From Bacillus subtilis subsp. subtilis str. 168 (GTDB taxonomy: Bacteria > Bacillota > Bacilli > Bacillales > Bacillaceae): a stretch of 64,000 bases of DNA. The number at the start of each line of letters is the position of its first letter. The first letter of the stretch is position 1. A model generated the notes under the pieces. The model was not told where the DNA came from. It searched no databases and saw only the letters and a program-made list of their open reading frames with translations. The stretch covers positions 744,001 through 808,000 of the forward strand of contig NC_000964.3 in NCBI RefSeq assembly GCF_000009045.1, given 5' to 3'. Shown piece by piece: positions 48,682 through 59,318 of this stretch. The position numbers and the translations under genes were made by a program.

Positions 48682-51600
48682 ATGAAGGAAACAAGCCCGA
48701 TTCCTCAGCCGAAGACGTTTGGGCCGCTCGGCAATTTGCCTTTAATTGATAAAGACAAACCGACGCTTTCGCTGATCAAACTGGCGGAAGAACAGGGCCC
48801 GATTTTTCAAATCCATACACCCGCGGGCACGACCATTGTAGTGTCCGGCCATGAATTGGTGAAAGAGGTTTGTGATGAAGAACGGTTTGATAAAAGCATT
48901 GAAGGCGCCTTGGAAAAGGTTCGCGCATTTTCCGGTGACGGATTGTTTACGAGCTGGACGCATGAGCCTAACTGGAGAAAAGCGCACAACATTCTGATGC
49001 CGACGTTCAGCCAGCGGGCCATGAAGGACTATCATGAGAAAATGGTCGATATCGCTGTTCAGCTCATTCAAAAATGGGCAAGGCTCAACCCGAATGAAGC
49101 AGTCGATGTCCCGGGAGATATGACCCGGCTGACGCTCGACACCATTGGGCTATGCGGGTTTAACTACCGCTTTAACAGTTACTACAGAGAAACGCCCCAC
49201 CCGTTTATCAACAGCATGGTGCGGGCGCTTGATGAAGCGATGCATCAAATGCAGCGGCTTGATGTTCAAGATAAGCTTATGGTCAGAACAAAGCGGCAAT
49301 TCCGCTATGATATTCAAACGATGTTTTCGTTAGTCGACAGCATTATTGCAGAGCGCAGGGCGAATGGAGACCAGGATGAAAAAGATTTGCTCGCCCGCAT
49401 GCTGAATGTGGAAGATCCGGAAACTGGTGAAAAGCTCGACGACGAAAATATCCGCTTTCAGATCATCACGTTTTTGATTGCCGGCCATGAAACAACGAGC
49501 GGCCTGCTTTCCTTTGCGACTTACTTTTTATTGAAGCATCCTGACAAACTGAAAAAGGCGTATGAAGAGGTCGATCGGGTGCTGACGGATGCAGCGCCGA
49601 CCTATAAACAAGTGCTGGAGCTTACATACATACGGATGATTTTAAATGAATCACTGCGCTTATGGCCGACAGCTCCGGCTTTCAGCCTTTATCCAAAAGA
49701 AGACACAGTCATTGGCGGAAAATTTCCGATCACGACGAATGACAGAATTTCTGTGCTGATTCCGCAGCTTCATCGTGATCGAGACGCTTGGGGAAAGGAC
49801 GCAGAAGAATTCCGGCCGGAACGGTTTGAGCATCAGGACCAAGTGCCTCATCATGCGTACAAACCATTCGGAAATGGACAACGGGCCTGTATCGGCATGC
49901 AGTTTGCCCTTCATGAAGCCACACTTGTGTTAGGCATGATTCTAAAATATTTCACATTGATTGATCATGAGAATTATGAGCTTGATATCAAACAAACCTT
50001 AACACTTAAGCCGGGCGATTTTCACATCAGTGTTCAAAGCCGTCATCAGGAAGCCATTCATGCAGACGTCCAGGCAGCTGAAAAAGCCGCGCCTGATGAG
50101 CAAAAGGAGAAAACGGAAGCAAAGGGTGCATCGGTCATCGGTCTTAACAACCGCCCGCTTCTCGTGCTGTACGGCTCAGATACCGGCACCGCAGAAGGCG
50201 TCGCCCGGGAGCTTGCTGATACTGCCAGTCTTCACGGCGTAAGGACAAAGACAGCACCTCTGAACGACCGGATTGGAAAGCTGCCGAAAGAGGGAGCGGT
50301 TGTCATTGTGACCTCGTCTTATAATGGAAAGCCGCCAAGCAATGCCGGACAATTCGTGCAGTGGCTTCAAGAAATCAAACCGGGTGAGCTTGAGGGCGTC
50401 CATTACGCGGTATTTGGCTGCGGCGACCACAACTGGGCGAGCACGTATCAATACGTGCCGAGATTCATTGATGAGCAGCTTGCGGAGAAAGGCGCGACTC
50501 GGTTTTCTGCGCGCGGGGAAGGGGATGTGAGCGGTGATTTTGAAGGGCAGCTTGACGAGTGGAAAAAAAGCATGTGGGCGGATGCCATCAAAGCATTCGG
50601 ACTTGAGCTTAATGAAAACGCTGATAAGGAACGAAGCACGCTGAGCCTTCAGTTTGTCAGAGGGCTGGGCGAGTCTCCGCTCGCTAGATCGTACGAAGCC
50701 TCTCACGCATCCATTGCCGAAAATCGTGAACTCCAGTCCGCAGACAGCGATCGAAGCACTCGCCATATCGAAATTGCATTGCCGCCGGATGTTGAATATC
50801 AAGAGGGCGACCATCTTGGCGTATTGCCAAAAAACAGCCAAACCAATGTCAGCCGGATTCTTCACAGATTCGGTCTGAAGGGAACCGACCAAGTGACATT
50901 GTCGGCAAGCGGCCGCAGTGCGGGGCATCTGCCATTGGGCCGTCCTGTCAGCCTGCATGATCTTCTCAGCTACAGCGTCGAGGTGCAGGAAGCAGCCACA
51001 AGAGCGCAAATACGTGAACTGGCGTCATTTACAGTGTGTCCGCCGCATAGGCGCGAATTAGAAGAACTGTCAGCAGAGGGTGTTTATCAGGAGCAAATAT
51101 TGAAAAAACGAATTTCCATGCTGGATCTGCTTGAAAAGTATGAAGCGTGTGACATGCCGTTTGAACGATTTTTAGAGCTTTTACGGCCGTTAAAACCGAG
51201 ATACTATTCGATTTCAAGCTCTCCAAGAGTGAATCCGCGGCAAGCATCGATCACAGTCGGTGTCGTGCGCGGCCCGGCGTGGAGCGGCCGTGGCGAATAC
51301 AGGGGTGTGGCATCAAATGATTTAGCTGAGCGTCAAGCCGGTGATGATGTCGTGATGTTTATCCGCACACCGGAATCCCGGTTTCAGCTTCCGAAAGACC
51401 CTGAAACGCCAATTATTATGGTCGGGCCAGGCACGGGAGTCGCGCCATTTCGCGGTTTCCTTCAAGCCCGCGATGTTTTAAAGCGGGAGGGCAAAACGCT
51501 CGGTGAGGCTCATCTCTATTTTGGATGCAGGAACGATCGGGATTTTATTTACCGAGATGAGCTTGAGCGGTTTGAAAAAGACGGAATCGTCACTGTCCAC

Positions 51601-51867
51601 ACAGCCTTTTCCCGAAAAGAGGGCATGCCGAAAACATATGTCCAGCATCTCATGGCTGACCAAGCAGATACATTAATATCAATCCTTGACCGCGGTGGCA
51701 GGCTTTATGTATGCGGTGATGGCAGCAAAATGGCCCCGGATGTGGAGGCGGCACTTCAAAAAGCGTATCAGGCTGTCCATGGAACCGGGGAACAAGAAGC
51801 GCAAAACTGGCTGAGACATCTGCAGGATACCGGTATGTACGCTAAGGATGTCTGGGCAGGGATATAG
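48682..51867 (+). CDS. cypD: Bifunctional cytochrome P450/NADPH-P450 reductase CYP102A2
   Basis: [20 protein letters not shown] heme motif, flavodoxin [31 protein letters not shown]. Confidence 0.97.
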   Translation: MKETSPIPQPKTFGPLGNLPLIDKDKPTLSLIKLAEEQGPIFQIHTPAGTTIVVSGHELVKEVCDEERFDKSIEGALEKVRAFSGDGLFTSWTHEPNWRKAHNILMPTFSQRAMKDYHEKMVDIAVQLIQKWARLNPNEAVDVPGDMTRLTLDTIGLCGFNYRFNSYYRETPHPFINSMVRALDEAMHQMQRLDVQDKLMVRTKRQFRYDIQTMFSLVDSIIAERRANGDQDEKDLLARMLNVEDPETGEKLDDENIRFQIITFLIAGHETTSGLLSFATYFLLKHPDKLKKAYEEVDRVLTDAAPTYKQVLELTYIRMILNESLRLWPTAPAFSLYPKEDTVIGGKFPITTNDRISVLIPQLHRDRDAWGKDAEEFRPERFEHQDQVPHHAYKPFGNGQRACIGMQFALHEATLVLGMILKYFTLIDHENYELDIKQTLTLKPGDFHISVQSRHQEAIHADVQAAEKAAPDEQKEKTEAKGASVIGLNNRPLLVLYGSDTGTAEGVARELADTASLHGVRTKTAPLNDRIGKLPKEGAVVIVTSSYNGKPPSNAGQFVQWLQEIKPGELEGVHYAVFGCGDHNWASTYQYVPRFIDEQLAEKGATRFSARGEGDVSGDFEGQLDEWKKSMWADAIKAFGLELNENADKERSTLSLQFVRGLGESPLARSYEASHASIAENRELQSADSDRSTRHIEIALPPDVEYQEGDHLGVLPKNSQTNVSRILHRFGLKGTDQVTLSASGRSAGHLPLGRPVSLHDLLSYSVEVQEAATRAQIRELASFTVCPPHRRELEELSAEGVYQEQILKKRISMLDLLEKYEACDMPFERFLELLRPLKPRYYSISSSPRVNPRQASITVGVVRGPAWSGRGEYRGVASNDLAERQAGDDVVMFIRTPESRFQLPKDPETPIIMVGPGTGVAPFRGFLQARDVLKREGKTLGEAHLYFGCRNDRDFIYRDELERFEKDGIVTVHTAFSRKEGMPKTYVQHLMADQADTLISILDRGGRLYVCGDGSKMAPDVEAALQKAYQAVHGTGEQEAQNWLRHLQDTGMYAKDVWAGI

Positions 51868-51873
51868 ATAAAG

Positions 51874-51898
51874 AAGACTGGAGACATCCAGTCTTTTT
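51874..51898 (+). terminator. Terminator after cypD
   Basis: AAGACTGG/CCAGTCTT stem followed by a T-run. Confidence 0.75.
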
Positions 51899-52094
51899 AG
51901 TCCTTTCGAAAAAATGGTGATCGCGCTAAACATTGATGCATACAATAACTTCAGTCCGCCGGAAGGGCGGGCTGTCTGCAAAACCTATTTTTCGTTTTTG
52001 CTAGTTTATGTTATTCTTATACTCGGTATCTATTTCTTTTTTCAAAGGCACACATGACAAAAGAAATCCTTTTTTTATTTCCGAGAAAAAAATG

Positions 52095-52121
52095 TGAAAC
52101 GAAATGAAGGTTTCTTTCGTC
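52095..52121 (+). promoter_or_regulatory. ECF (SigM-type) promoter of yfnI
   Basis: TGAAAC-N17-CGTC; yfnI is a known SigM target. Confidence 0.7.
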
Positions 52122-52313
52122 CAGTGATTGGTTTCCAAATGGTTGTAATAAAAATGATATGGTGCGAAACATAAATATTCCGGCTTGCCGCGGTGTATTT
52201 ATTGTTGTGTGATGCCTTGATTTTGTTTGGAAAGAAGGAATTGGAAGGCAGGATATAAAGAGCAGGTAAATATGAATGAAGAACTTAAAGTGTTTAAGAA
52301 AGTAGAGGTTGCC

Positions 52314-54233
52314 ATGAAGAAACTTTTTTCTTACAAACTTAGCTTTTTTGTGCTGGCTGTTATACTGTTTTGGGCAAAAACGTATTTATCCTACAAGACT
52401 GAGTTTAATCTTGGGGTAAAAGGCACAACTCAGGAGATCCTCCTGATATTTAACCCATTCTCAAGCGCCGTCTTCTTTTTAGGACTGGCTTTGCTGGCGA
52501 AAGGGCGTAAATCAGCCATTATTATGCTGATTATCGATTTCTTGATGACATTTGTGTTATATGCAAATATTTTATTCTATCGTTTCTTTGACGATTTCTT
52601 GACGTTCCCGAACATTAAACAGTCCGGAAACGTTGGAAACATGGGAGACGGGATTTTCAGTATCATGGCCGGTCATGATATTTTCTATTTCTTAGATATT
52701 ATCATTTTGATTGCGGTATTGATCTGGAGACCTGAATTAAAAGAATACAAAATGAAAAAACGCTTTGCATCTTTAGTGATCCTTTCTGGGATCGCACTGT
52801 TTTTCATCAACCTGCACTATGCGGAAAAAGACCGTCCGCAACTGCTGACAAGAACGTTTGACCGCAATTATATTGTGAAATATTTAGGTTTATACAACTA
52901 CACCATTTATGACGGTGTACAGACGGCTCAAACAGAGACGCAAAGAGCCTATGCAAGCAGCGATGATTTAACAAGTGTCGAGAATTACACGACGTCTCAT
53001 TATGCGAAACCAAACGCCGAGTACTTCGGCTCTGCCAAAGGCAAAAATATCATTAAAATTCACCTCGAAAGCTTCCAGTCATTCCTGATTGACTACAAGC
53101 TAAACGGTGAAGAGGTGACGCCTTTCTTAAATAAACTTGCGCACGGCGGGGAAGATGTGACGTATTTTGATAACTTCTTCCATCAGACAGGCCAGGGAAA
53201 AACATCTGATGCCGAGCTGACAATGGATAACTCGATCTTCGGTCTTCCTGAAGGCTCCGCGTTTGTGACGAAAGGCGAAAACACCTACCAGTCGCTTCCT
53301 GCGATTTTAGACCAGAAGGAAGGCTATACAAGCGCCGTCCTGCATGGTGATTACAAATCGTTCTGGAACCGTGACCAGATTTACAAACATATCGGATATG
53401 ACAAGTTCTTCGACGCAAGCACGTATGATATGTCAGATGAAAATGTGATTAATATGGGGCTTAAGGATAAGCCGTTCTTTACAGAATCGATTCCAAAGCT
53501 TGAATCTCTTAAACAGCCATTTTATGCGCATTTGATTACATTGACAAACCATTATCCGTTTAACCTTGATGAAAAAGACGCGTCTCTTAAAAAAGCGACA
53601 ACAGGCGATAACACAGTTGACAGCTACTTCCAGACAGCGCGTTACCTTGACGAAGCGCTTGAGCAATTCTTCAAGGAGCTGAAGGAAGCCGGCCTGTATG
53701 ACAACTCAGTCATCATGATTTACGGTGACCATAACGGTATTTCTGAAAACCATAACCGAGCGATGAAAGAGATTCTTGGAAAAGAGATCACAGATTATCA
53801 AAACGCACAGAACCAGCGTGTGCCGCTGATGATCCGCGTTCCTGGCAAAAAAGGCGGAGTGAACCATACGTATGGCGGCGAAATTGACGTCATGCCGACA
53901 CTTCTGCACTTAGAAGGAATTGATTCTCAGAAATATATCAACTTTGGTACTGATTTATTCTCTAAAGACCACGACGATACGGTGGCATTCAGAAACGGAG
54001 ACTTCGTAACGCCGAAGTACACATCAGTCGACAATATCATTTACGATACGAAGACAGGTGAAAAACTGAAAGCGAATGAAGAAACGAAGAATCTGAAAAC
54101 AAGAGTGAACCAGCAGCTGAGCCTTTCAGACAGTGTCCTGTACAAAGACTTGCTGAGGTTCCATAAACTAAATGATTTCAAAGCCGTTGATCCGTCAGAC
54201 TATCATTACGGCAAGGAGAAAGAAATCAAATAA
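52314..54233 (+). CDS. yfnI: Lipoteichoic acid synthase paralog LtaSA (YfnI)
   Basis: Five N-terminal TMs, IHLESFQ, GQGKTSDAE catalytic Thr, ITLTNHYPF, YGDH. Confidence 0.95.
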   Translation: MKKLFSYKLSFFVLAVILFWAKTYLSYKTEFNLGVKGTTQEILLIFNPFSSAVFFLGLALLAKGRKSAIIMLIIDFLMTFVLYANILFYRFFDDFLTFPNIKQSGNVGNMGDGIFSIMAGHDIFYFLDIIILIAVLIWRPELKEYKMKKRFASLVILSGIALFFINLHYAEKDRPQLLTRTFDRNYIVKYLGLYNYTIYDGVQTAQTETQRAYASSDDLTSVENYTTSHYAKPNAEYFGSAKGKNIIKIHLESFQSFLIDYKLNGEEVTPFLNKLAHGGEDVTYFDNFFHQTGQGKTSDAELTMDNSIFGLPEGSAFVTKGENTYQSLPAILDQKEGYTSAVLHGDYKSFWNRDQIYKHIGYDKFFDASTYDMSDENVINMGLKDKPFFTESIPKLESLKQPFYAHLITLTNHYPFNLDEKDASLKKATTGDNTVDSYFQTARYLDEALEQFFKELKEAGLYDNSVIMIYGDHNGISENHNRAMKEILGKEITDYQNAQNQRVPLMIRVPGKKGGVNHTYGGEIDVMPTLLHLEGIDSQKYINFGTDLFSKDHDDTVAFRNGDFVTPKYTSVDNIIYDTKTGEKLKANEETKNLKTRVNQQLSLSDSVLYKDLLRFHKLNDFKAVDPSDYHYGKEKEIK

Positions 54234-54238
54234 GATGA

Positions 54239-54286
54239 AAAAGAGCCTTGAGCGGGCGCATTGCCTTCGCTCAAGGCTCTTTTTTT
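54239..54286 (+). terminator. Terminator after yfnI
   Basis: AAAGAGCCTTGAGCG/CGCTCAAGGCTCTTT stem followed by a T-run. Confidence 0.8.
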
Positions 54287-54325
54287 GGTTATACAACCAA
54301 CTTGAAAAAATAGATTCCATTTGGT

Positions 54326-54353
54326 CACCAAGGCTGGCTTTCTCTCATATCAT
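54326..54353 (+). promoter_or_regulatory. SigK promoter of yfnH operon
   Basis: CACC-N16-CATAtcaT. Confidence 0.7.
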
Positions 54354-54468
54354 TACAGTAGATTTTGAAACCGGATTGAAATCGGACAAATTATCGGGGA
54401 AATGCCTTGATAGATTGTGAAGATGTACCAGGTTTCGAACTCAATATTCATAGAGATGAGGGGTAGAG

Positions 54469-55233
54469 ATGAAAGCGGTCATTCTCTGCGGCGGAAAAGG
54501 AACGAGAATGAGTGAAGTCACGAATGACATTCCTAAACCGCTCGCCATGATAGGCGGCAAACCGATTCTATGGCATATTATGAAAATTTATCAGTACTAC
54601 GGAGTAAACGAGTTTATTCTGCTTTTGGGCTATAAAGGAGAAAAAATCAAGGAATACTTTCTCGACTATGAATGGAAGCACAACAGCCTGACACTCGACA
54701 GCTCTACGGGAGAGGTACAGATGCTGGGGCAGCCTGAAACGTGGAAAATTACGTTTTTGGAGACTGGGGTAGATACGCTGACAGCCGGAAGAATCTTGCA
54801 GGCGAAAGACTATATCGGTGATGAAACATTTCTGCTCACCTATGGAGACGGGCTGGCCAATATCAATCTTTTCCATCTCATCAGCTATCATCAGACAAAA
54901 GGTGCTGCCGCGACTGTCACCGGCATTGACAAAGTCTCGCAGTTTGGCACCTTGACAGTTGAGGATGGCATGGCGAAAACATTTTCTGAGAAGACATCAA
55001 GTGATGGAATCATCAACGGCGGATTCTTCGTTCTTAGTCCAAAGGTTTTCGATTATTTGCCGAAGGACGGGAACACGATGTTCGAAGATGAACCGCTGAA
55101 GAACCTTGCCAAAGATGGGGAGCTTGCTGTGTACCGCCATTACGGATTTTGGACGGCCATCGATACGTATAAAAATCTCTTAGAAGTCAACAAAATGTGG
55201 AATCAAGGACAACAAGTATGGAAGGTATGGTGA
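54469..55233 (+). CDS. yfnH: Glucose-1-phosphate cytidylyltransferase
   Basis: ILCGGKGTR, PKPLAMIGGKPILWHIMK, TYGDG, FWTAIDT. Confidence 0.92.
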   Translation: MKAVILCGGKGTRMSEVTNDIPKPLAMIGGKPILWHIMKIYQYYGVNEFILLLGYKGEKIKEYFLDYEWKHNSLTLDSSTGEVQMLGQPETWKITFLETGVDTLTAGRILQAKDYIGDETFLLTYGDGLANINLFHLISYHQTKGAAATVTGIDKVSQFGTLTVEDGMAKTFSEKTSSDGIINGGFFVLSPKVFDYLPKDGNTMFEDEPLKNLAKDGELAVYRHYGFWTAIDTYKNLLEVNKMWNQGQQVWKVW

Positions 55234-55239
55234 ATTGAT

Positions 55240-56208
55240 TTGAGTTTCTGGAAAAATAAAAACGTATTTGTCACGGGATGCACAGGTCTTTTAGGAAGCT
55301 ATTTGGTGAAAGAGCTGATCGAACAGGGCGCAAACGTTACGGGGCTAGTCAGGGATCATGTGCCTCAATCCAATCTTTATCAGGGAGAACATATCAAGAA
55401 AATGAACATCGTGCGGGGCTCTCTTGAGGACTTGGCTGTGATTGAACGCGCGCTTGGCGAGTATGAGATCGACACAGTCTTTCATCTTGCTGCACAAGCG
55501 ATTGTCGGCGTGGCAAACCGCAACCCGATTTCTACCTTTGAAGCGAATATCCTCGGCACCTGGAATATTCTCGAAGCCTGCCGCAAGCATCCGTTAATTA
55601 AGCGGGTCATTGTCGCTTCAAGTGATAAAGCTTACGGCGATCAAGAAAACCTTCCATACGATGAAAACATGCCGCTGCAAGGCAAGCACCCGTACGACGT
55701 CTCAAAAAGCTGCGCAGATCTGATCAGCCACACCTATTTTCACACGTACGGGCTTCCGGTCTGCATTACGCGCTGCGGAAACTTATACGGCGGCGGAGAT
55801 TTGAACTTCAACCGCATCATTCCTCAGACGATTCAGCTTGTGCTGAACGGGGAAGCGCCGGAAATCCGAAGCGACGGCACATTTGTACGGGACTACTTCT
55901 ATATTGAAGACGCCGTTCAGGCTTATCTGCTTCTTGCAGAAAAAATGGAAGAAAACAATCTTGCCGGAGAGGCCTTTAACTTCAGCAATGAGATCCAGCT
56001 GACCGTACTTGAACTGGTAGAGAAAATATTAAAGAAAATGAACAGTAATCTGAAACCTAAGGTGCTGAATCAGGGAAGCAATGAAATCAAACATCAATAT
56101 TTATCCGCGGAAAAAGCAAGAAAGCTGCTGAATTGGACACCGGCCTACACTATTGATGAGGGACTTGAAAAAACGATTGAGTGGTATACGGAATTCTTCA
56201 AAAAGTAA
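55240..56208 (+). CDS. yfnG: CDP-glucose 4,6-dehydratase-like extended SDR
   Basis: [39 protein letters not shown]. Confidence 0.9.
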
Positions 56209-56231
56209 TGTGAAACGAGGTGAACAAGACT

Positions 56232-57143
56232 GTGACCAGCGCGTATTGCACCGTTTTATCAAAAGGAAGATTATATCAGGCAGTCGCTTTGTTTAAGTCG
56301 TTAGAGCAAGTTGATCAAGACAGTCCCATTTTTATACTTTGCATGGATGAAGATACGCACCGCGTGTTACAGAAGCTGAAGATGAAGCAGCTGAACCTTG
56401 TGCCGGTGGCCGCTCTTGAAAATGAATTGCTGCTGAAGCTGAAGGAAACTAGAGATCAAAGTGAGTATTGCTGGACGATGAAGCCGATCTTTCTGCAAGC
56501 TGTGCTGAACAGCAATCCTGAGCTGGAGCGTGTGACGTATATTGACGGGGATCTCTTTTTCTATGCAGATCCATCGCCGATTTTTGAAAACCAGCCGGAC
56601 TGCTCGGTGTTGCTTTCACGAGGGGATATTGTAATCCCTTCTTTTGAGAAAGAGCAGATTGACATGCTGCAGCGTCTTTTAGGCAGATATAATTCCGGGT
56701 TTATCAGCTTCAAGCATGATGATGCAGGCACGGATTGCTTGGAGTGGTGGAAGGAACGCTGTCTTGAGGAATGCAAAAATGCACCGGGTGAAGGGAAATT
56801 CGGTGATCAGGGCTATTTGGATTATATGTCTGAGCTGTTTCCGAATGTGTGTGACATTACAACACCCGGCGTGAACATCGGCCATTGGAATTATGGACAG
56901 CATACGTTTTCCTGGAAAGATGGCCGGATCGTGCTGGAGGATGGCAGTCCGCTGATCTTTTATCATTTCAGCGGATACCGAATCGTCAGCATCAATGAAA
57001 TCAAACAGATTCATGAAACAACCCGCACAGATCTGCCGTTTGTGCATGAACTGTATCAAGAGACACTGCCGCATATCATTCAGCACATGCAAACGTTAGA
57101 CCCTGAATTTAACGGTTTTGCTTCAAAAGATGACAACAAATAA
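56232..57143 (+). CDS. yfnF: Putative glycosyltransferase (GT-A fold)
   Basis: GTG 56232 after GAGGTG; YIDGDLFF DxD, YNSGF, GDQGYL, FYHFSG. Confidence 0.82.
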   Translation: MTSAYCTVLSKGRLYQAVALFKSLEQVDQDSPIFILCMDEDTHRVLQKLKMKQLNLVPVAALENELLLKLKETRDQSEYCWTMKPIFLQAVLNSNPELERVTYIDGDLFFYADPSPIFENQPDCSVLLSRGDIVIPSFEKEQIDMLQRLLGRYNSGFISFKHDDAGTDCLEWWKERCLEECKNAPGEGKFGDQGYLDYMSELFPNVCDITTPGVNIGHWNYGQHTFSWKDGRIVLEDGSPLIFYHFSGYRIVSINEIKQIHETTRTDLPFVHELYQETLPHIIQHMQTLDPEFNGFASKDDNK

Positions 57144-57171
57144 ATGAGTAAATACAGGAAGTGAAAATGAA

Positions 57172-58350
57172 GTGAAAGCAAGCGTTATTATTCCTGCATA
57201 TAATTCGAAGGAGCGTCTTTACAACAGCCTTCTGTCATTAAACCAGCAGGAGTGCGATGAAGAATTTGAAGTCATTGTAGCGGACAATGGCTCTGAGGAC
57301 GGGACGCTCTCGATGCTTGAGTCATTTCAAGCTGATTTTCCGCTGATCTTTACACGGATTAAAGAAAACAGGGGCATTGCGTACGGACGAAATCAGGCGC
57401 TTCGCAATGCCAGAGGAGACATCCTGATTTTCCATGACAGCGATATGCTTGCGGCAAAGGACCTTGTGGCAAAACATATTAAAGCCCATGAGAACGAAGA
57501 GAATCTCGTCGTGTGCGGGTTGTTTTGGAAACGGATCTACAGTTTTTACTATGAACGATTTGAAGAAGAACATAAGGAACAGCTCGCAAAGCTCACAGGT
57601 GAAATGCCGAAGAAAGACAAACAAAAGCTGCTGGAGGAAGCGGACATCAAAAACGGAAGCTTTCTTGATAAAAGCTTTGACCTCGATACCGACTTTATAG
57701 ACGTGCTCAAGAAGATTTTAGATGAGTACGGCGATGACTTGAAAGGCTATCATATGCCATGGCGCTTTTTTATCACGAATAATTCCTCTGTGAAACGCAA
57801 GCATGTGGTTGACCTCGGTTTATTTGACGAAGGCATTGTGCGGTACGGGTTTGAGGATTATGACCTCGGGATCAGGCTTCATCAGGCCGGATTGACCTTC
57901 AGGCTTCGCCGTGATATTGTCAGTGTTCATCAGGAACATCCAAGCAATTGTAAGTCTGTAGACGATATTCGGGCAAACATTGCCTATATGTGCGATAAAT
58001 ACAATAACATCCGCTCCTTAGACGTTCATCTCGCTTTTAATGGGCCGTTCCCGCCTGACATGACGAACAGAATCATGGCTGATATTCAAAAGCTGCTGGA
58101 ATCACAGAAATATGATATGCTGCTGAATCTGTTTCTTGAGCTTCTGCATGTTGTTAAAGAGCGCAACATTGATCCGGATTGGCGAAAGAAATCCCCAAGG
58201 GTGACGGCGAAAAGCTTTGATTTGCAAACTGTCCGCAAGCTTCTGCCTAAGGCGAAGAAAAAGCTAGGCGTGAACGATTTTGCCAACGCACTGTATGCGC
58301 TTGTCAACGATTTGCTGCACGTGGATCTTAGATCATTGGATGTGGTATAA
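57172..58350 (+). CDS. yfnE: GT2 family glycosyltransferase
   Basis: SVIIPAYN, VADNGSEDG, FHDSD, GFEDYDLG. Confidence 0.9.
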   Translation: MKASVIIPAYNSKERLYNSLLSLNQQECDEEFEVIVADNGSEDGTLSMLESFQADFPLIFTRIKENRGIAYGRNQALRNARGDILIFHDSDMLAAKDLVAKHIKAHENEENLVVCGLFWKRIYSFYYERFEEEHKEQLAKLTGEMPKKDKQKLLEEADIKNGSFLDKSFDLDTDFIDVLKKILDEYGDDLKGYHMPWRFFITNNSSVKRKHVVDLGLFDEGIVRYGFEDYDLGIRLHQAGLTFRLRRDIVSVHQEHPSNCKSVDDIRANIAYMCDKYNNIRSLDVHLAFNGPFPPDMTNRIMADIQKLLESQKYDMLLNLFLELLHVVKERNIDPDWRKKSPRVTAKSFDLQTVRKLLPKAKKKLGVNDFANALYALVNDLLHVDLRSLDVV

Positions 58351-59286
58351 GTGAGTACATTTCATTTTTCAACGATAGTGTCAAGGACACATATCTTTAA
58401 GCTCATGCCTATGATTCATTCTCTCCATGAGCATTGCGATGATTTTCATTTATATGTGCTGTGTGTCGACCAGAAAGCGTATGAATTGCTTCAGCACGTT
58501 CCATGGGAGCATGTAACCTTTGTGCAGCTGCATGAAATGGAAGACCCGGAGCTGTTGAAAGCGAAAAGCAACAGAACGTTTCATGAATATTGCTGGACGT
58601 TAAAGCCCGCCTTTTTGTTTCATGTGATGAGCAAGTGGGATGACGCTGAATACTTTGCCCATATGGATACGGATCTATTTTTCTTTTCTGATCCGGCACG
58701 TATTTTTGCAGAAAACCCAACGGCGTCTCTGTATTTGACTGATCATCGTAATTCGCCGCGCTTCATGTCCTACTACGACCGAACCGGACGCTTTAATACA
58801 GGCTTTGTCGGCGCCGGTAATACAAAGGAAGCATATGAAGCGGTGTGGCAGTGGAGACAGGACTGTATTGAATTTTGCACGGTCGAAATGGATACGGAAC
58901 GAAAGACATATGGTGATCAAAGATATGTGGAGAAATGGCCGGAGCAGTTTAAAGGTGTTCATGTTGTCAAATCCATAGGAGCCAATACAGCGCTTTGGAA
59001 TATCGAAAACTATAAGGTCGGGCAAAAGGACGGCCGCGTGTATATAGATGAAACGCCGCTGATTTTCTATCATTTCTCTGGGTTTACGCTGGTGACAGAA
59101 AAAGAGTTTAATCTTTGCTGGTACTACCGGATTGAAGACGAAGCGACAATTAAGATGATTTATATGCCCTATATATTAAATCTGAAAAGATGGATTGATG
59201 AAATACAGTCGGCGTTTCCGGACTTTGCGGATGGCTTTATCCCGAAGCACGCAGTGCCTGACACTCATTTTATCCAGCTGGATTAA
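58351..59286 (+). CDS. yfnD: Putative glycosyltransferase, paralog of YfnF
   Basis: EYCWTLKP, HMDTDLFF, FNTGF, GDQRYV, FYHFSG. Confidence 0.82.
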   Translation: MSTFHFSTIVSRTHIFKLMPMIHSLHEHCDDFHLYVLCVDQKAYELLQHVPWEHVTFVQLHEMEDPELLKAKSNRTFHEYCWTLKPAFLFHVMSKWDDAEYFAHMDTDLFFFSDPARIFAENPTASLYLTDHRNSPRFMSYYDRTGRFNTGFVGAGNTKEAYEAVWQWRQDCIEFCTVEMDTERKTYGDQRYVEKWPEQFKGVHVVKSIGANTALWNIENYKVGQKDGRVYIDETPLIFYHFSGFTLVTEKEFNLCWYYRIEDEATIKMIYMPYILNLKRWIDEIQSAFPDFADGFIPKHAVPDTHFIQLD

Positions 59287-59318
59287 AAAACCCCCTGCCG
59301 CCTGGCAGGGGTTTTTTC
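59285..59318. terminator. Bidirectional terminator yfnD/yfnC
   Basis: AAAAAACCCCCTGCC/GGCAGGGGTTTTTT. Confidence 0.8.
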
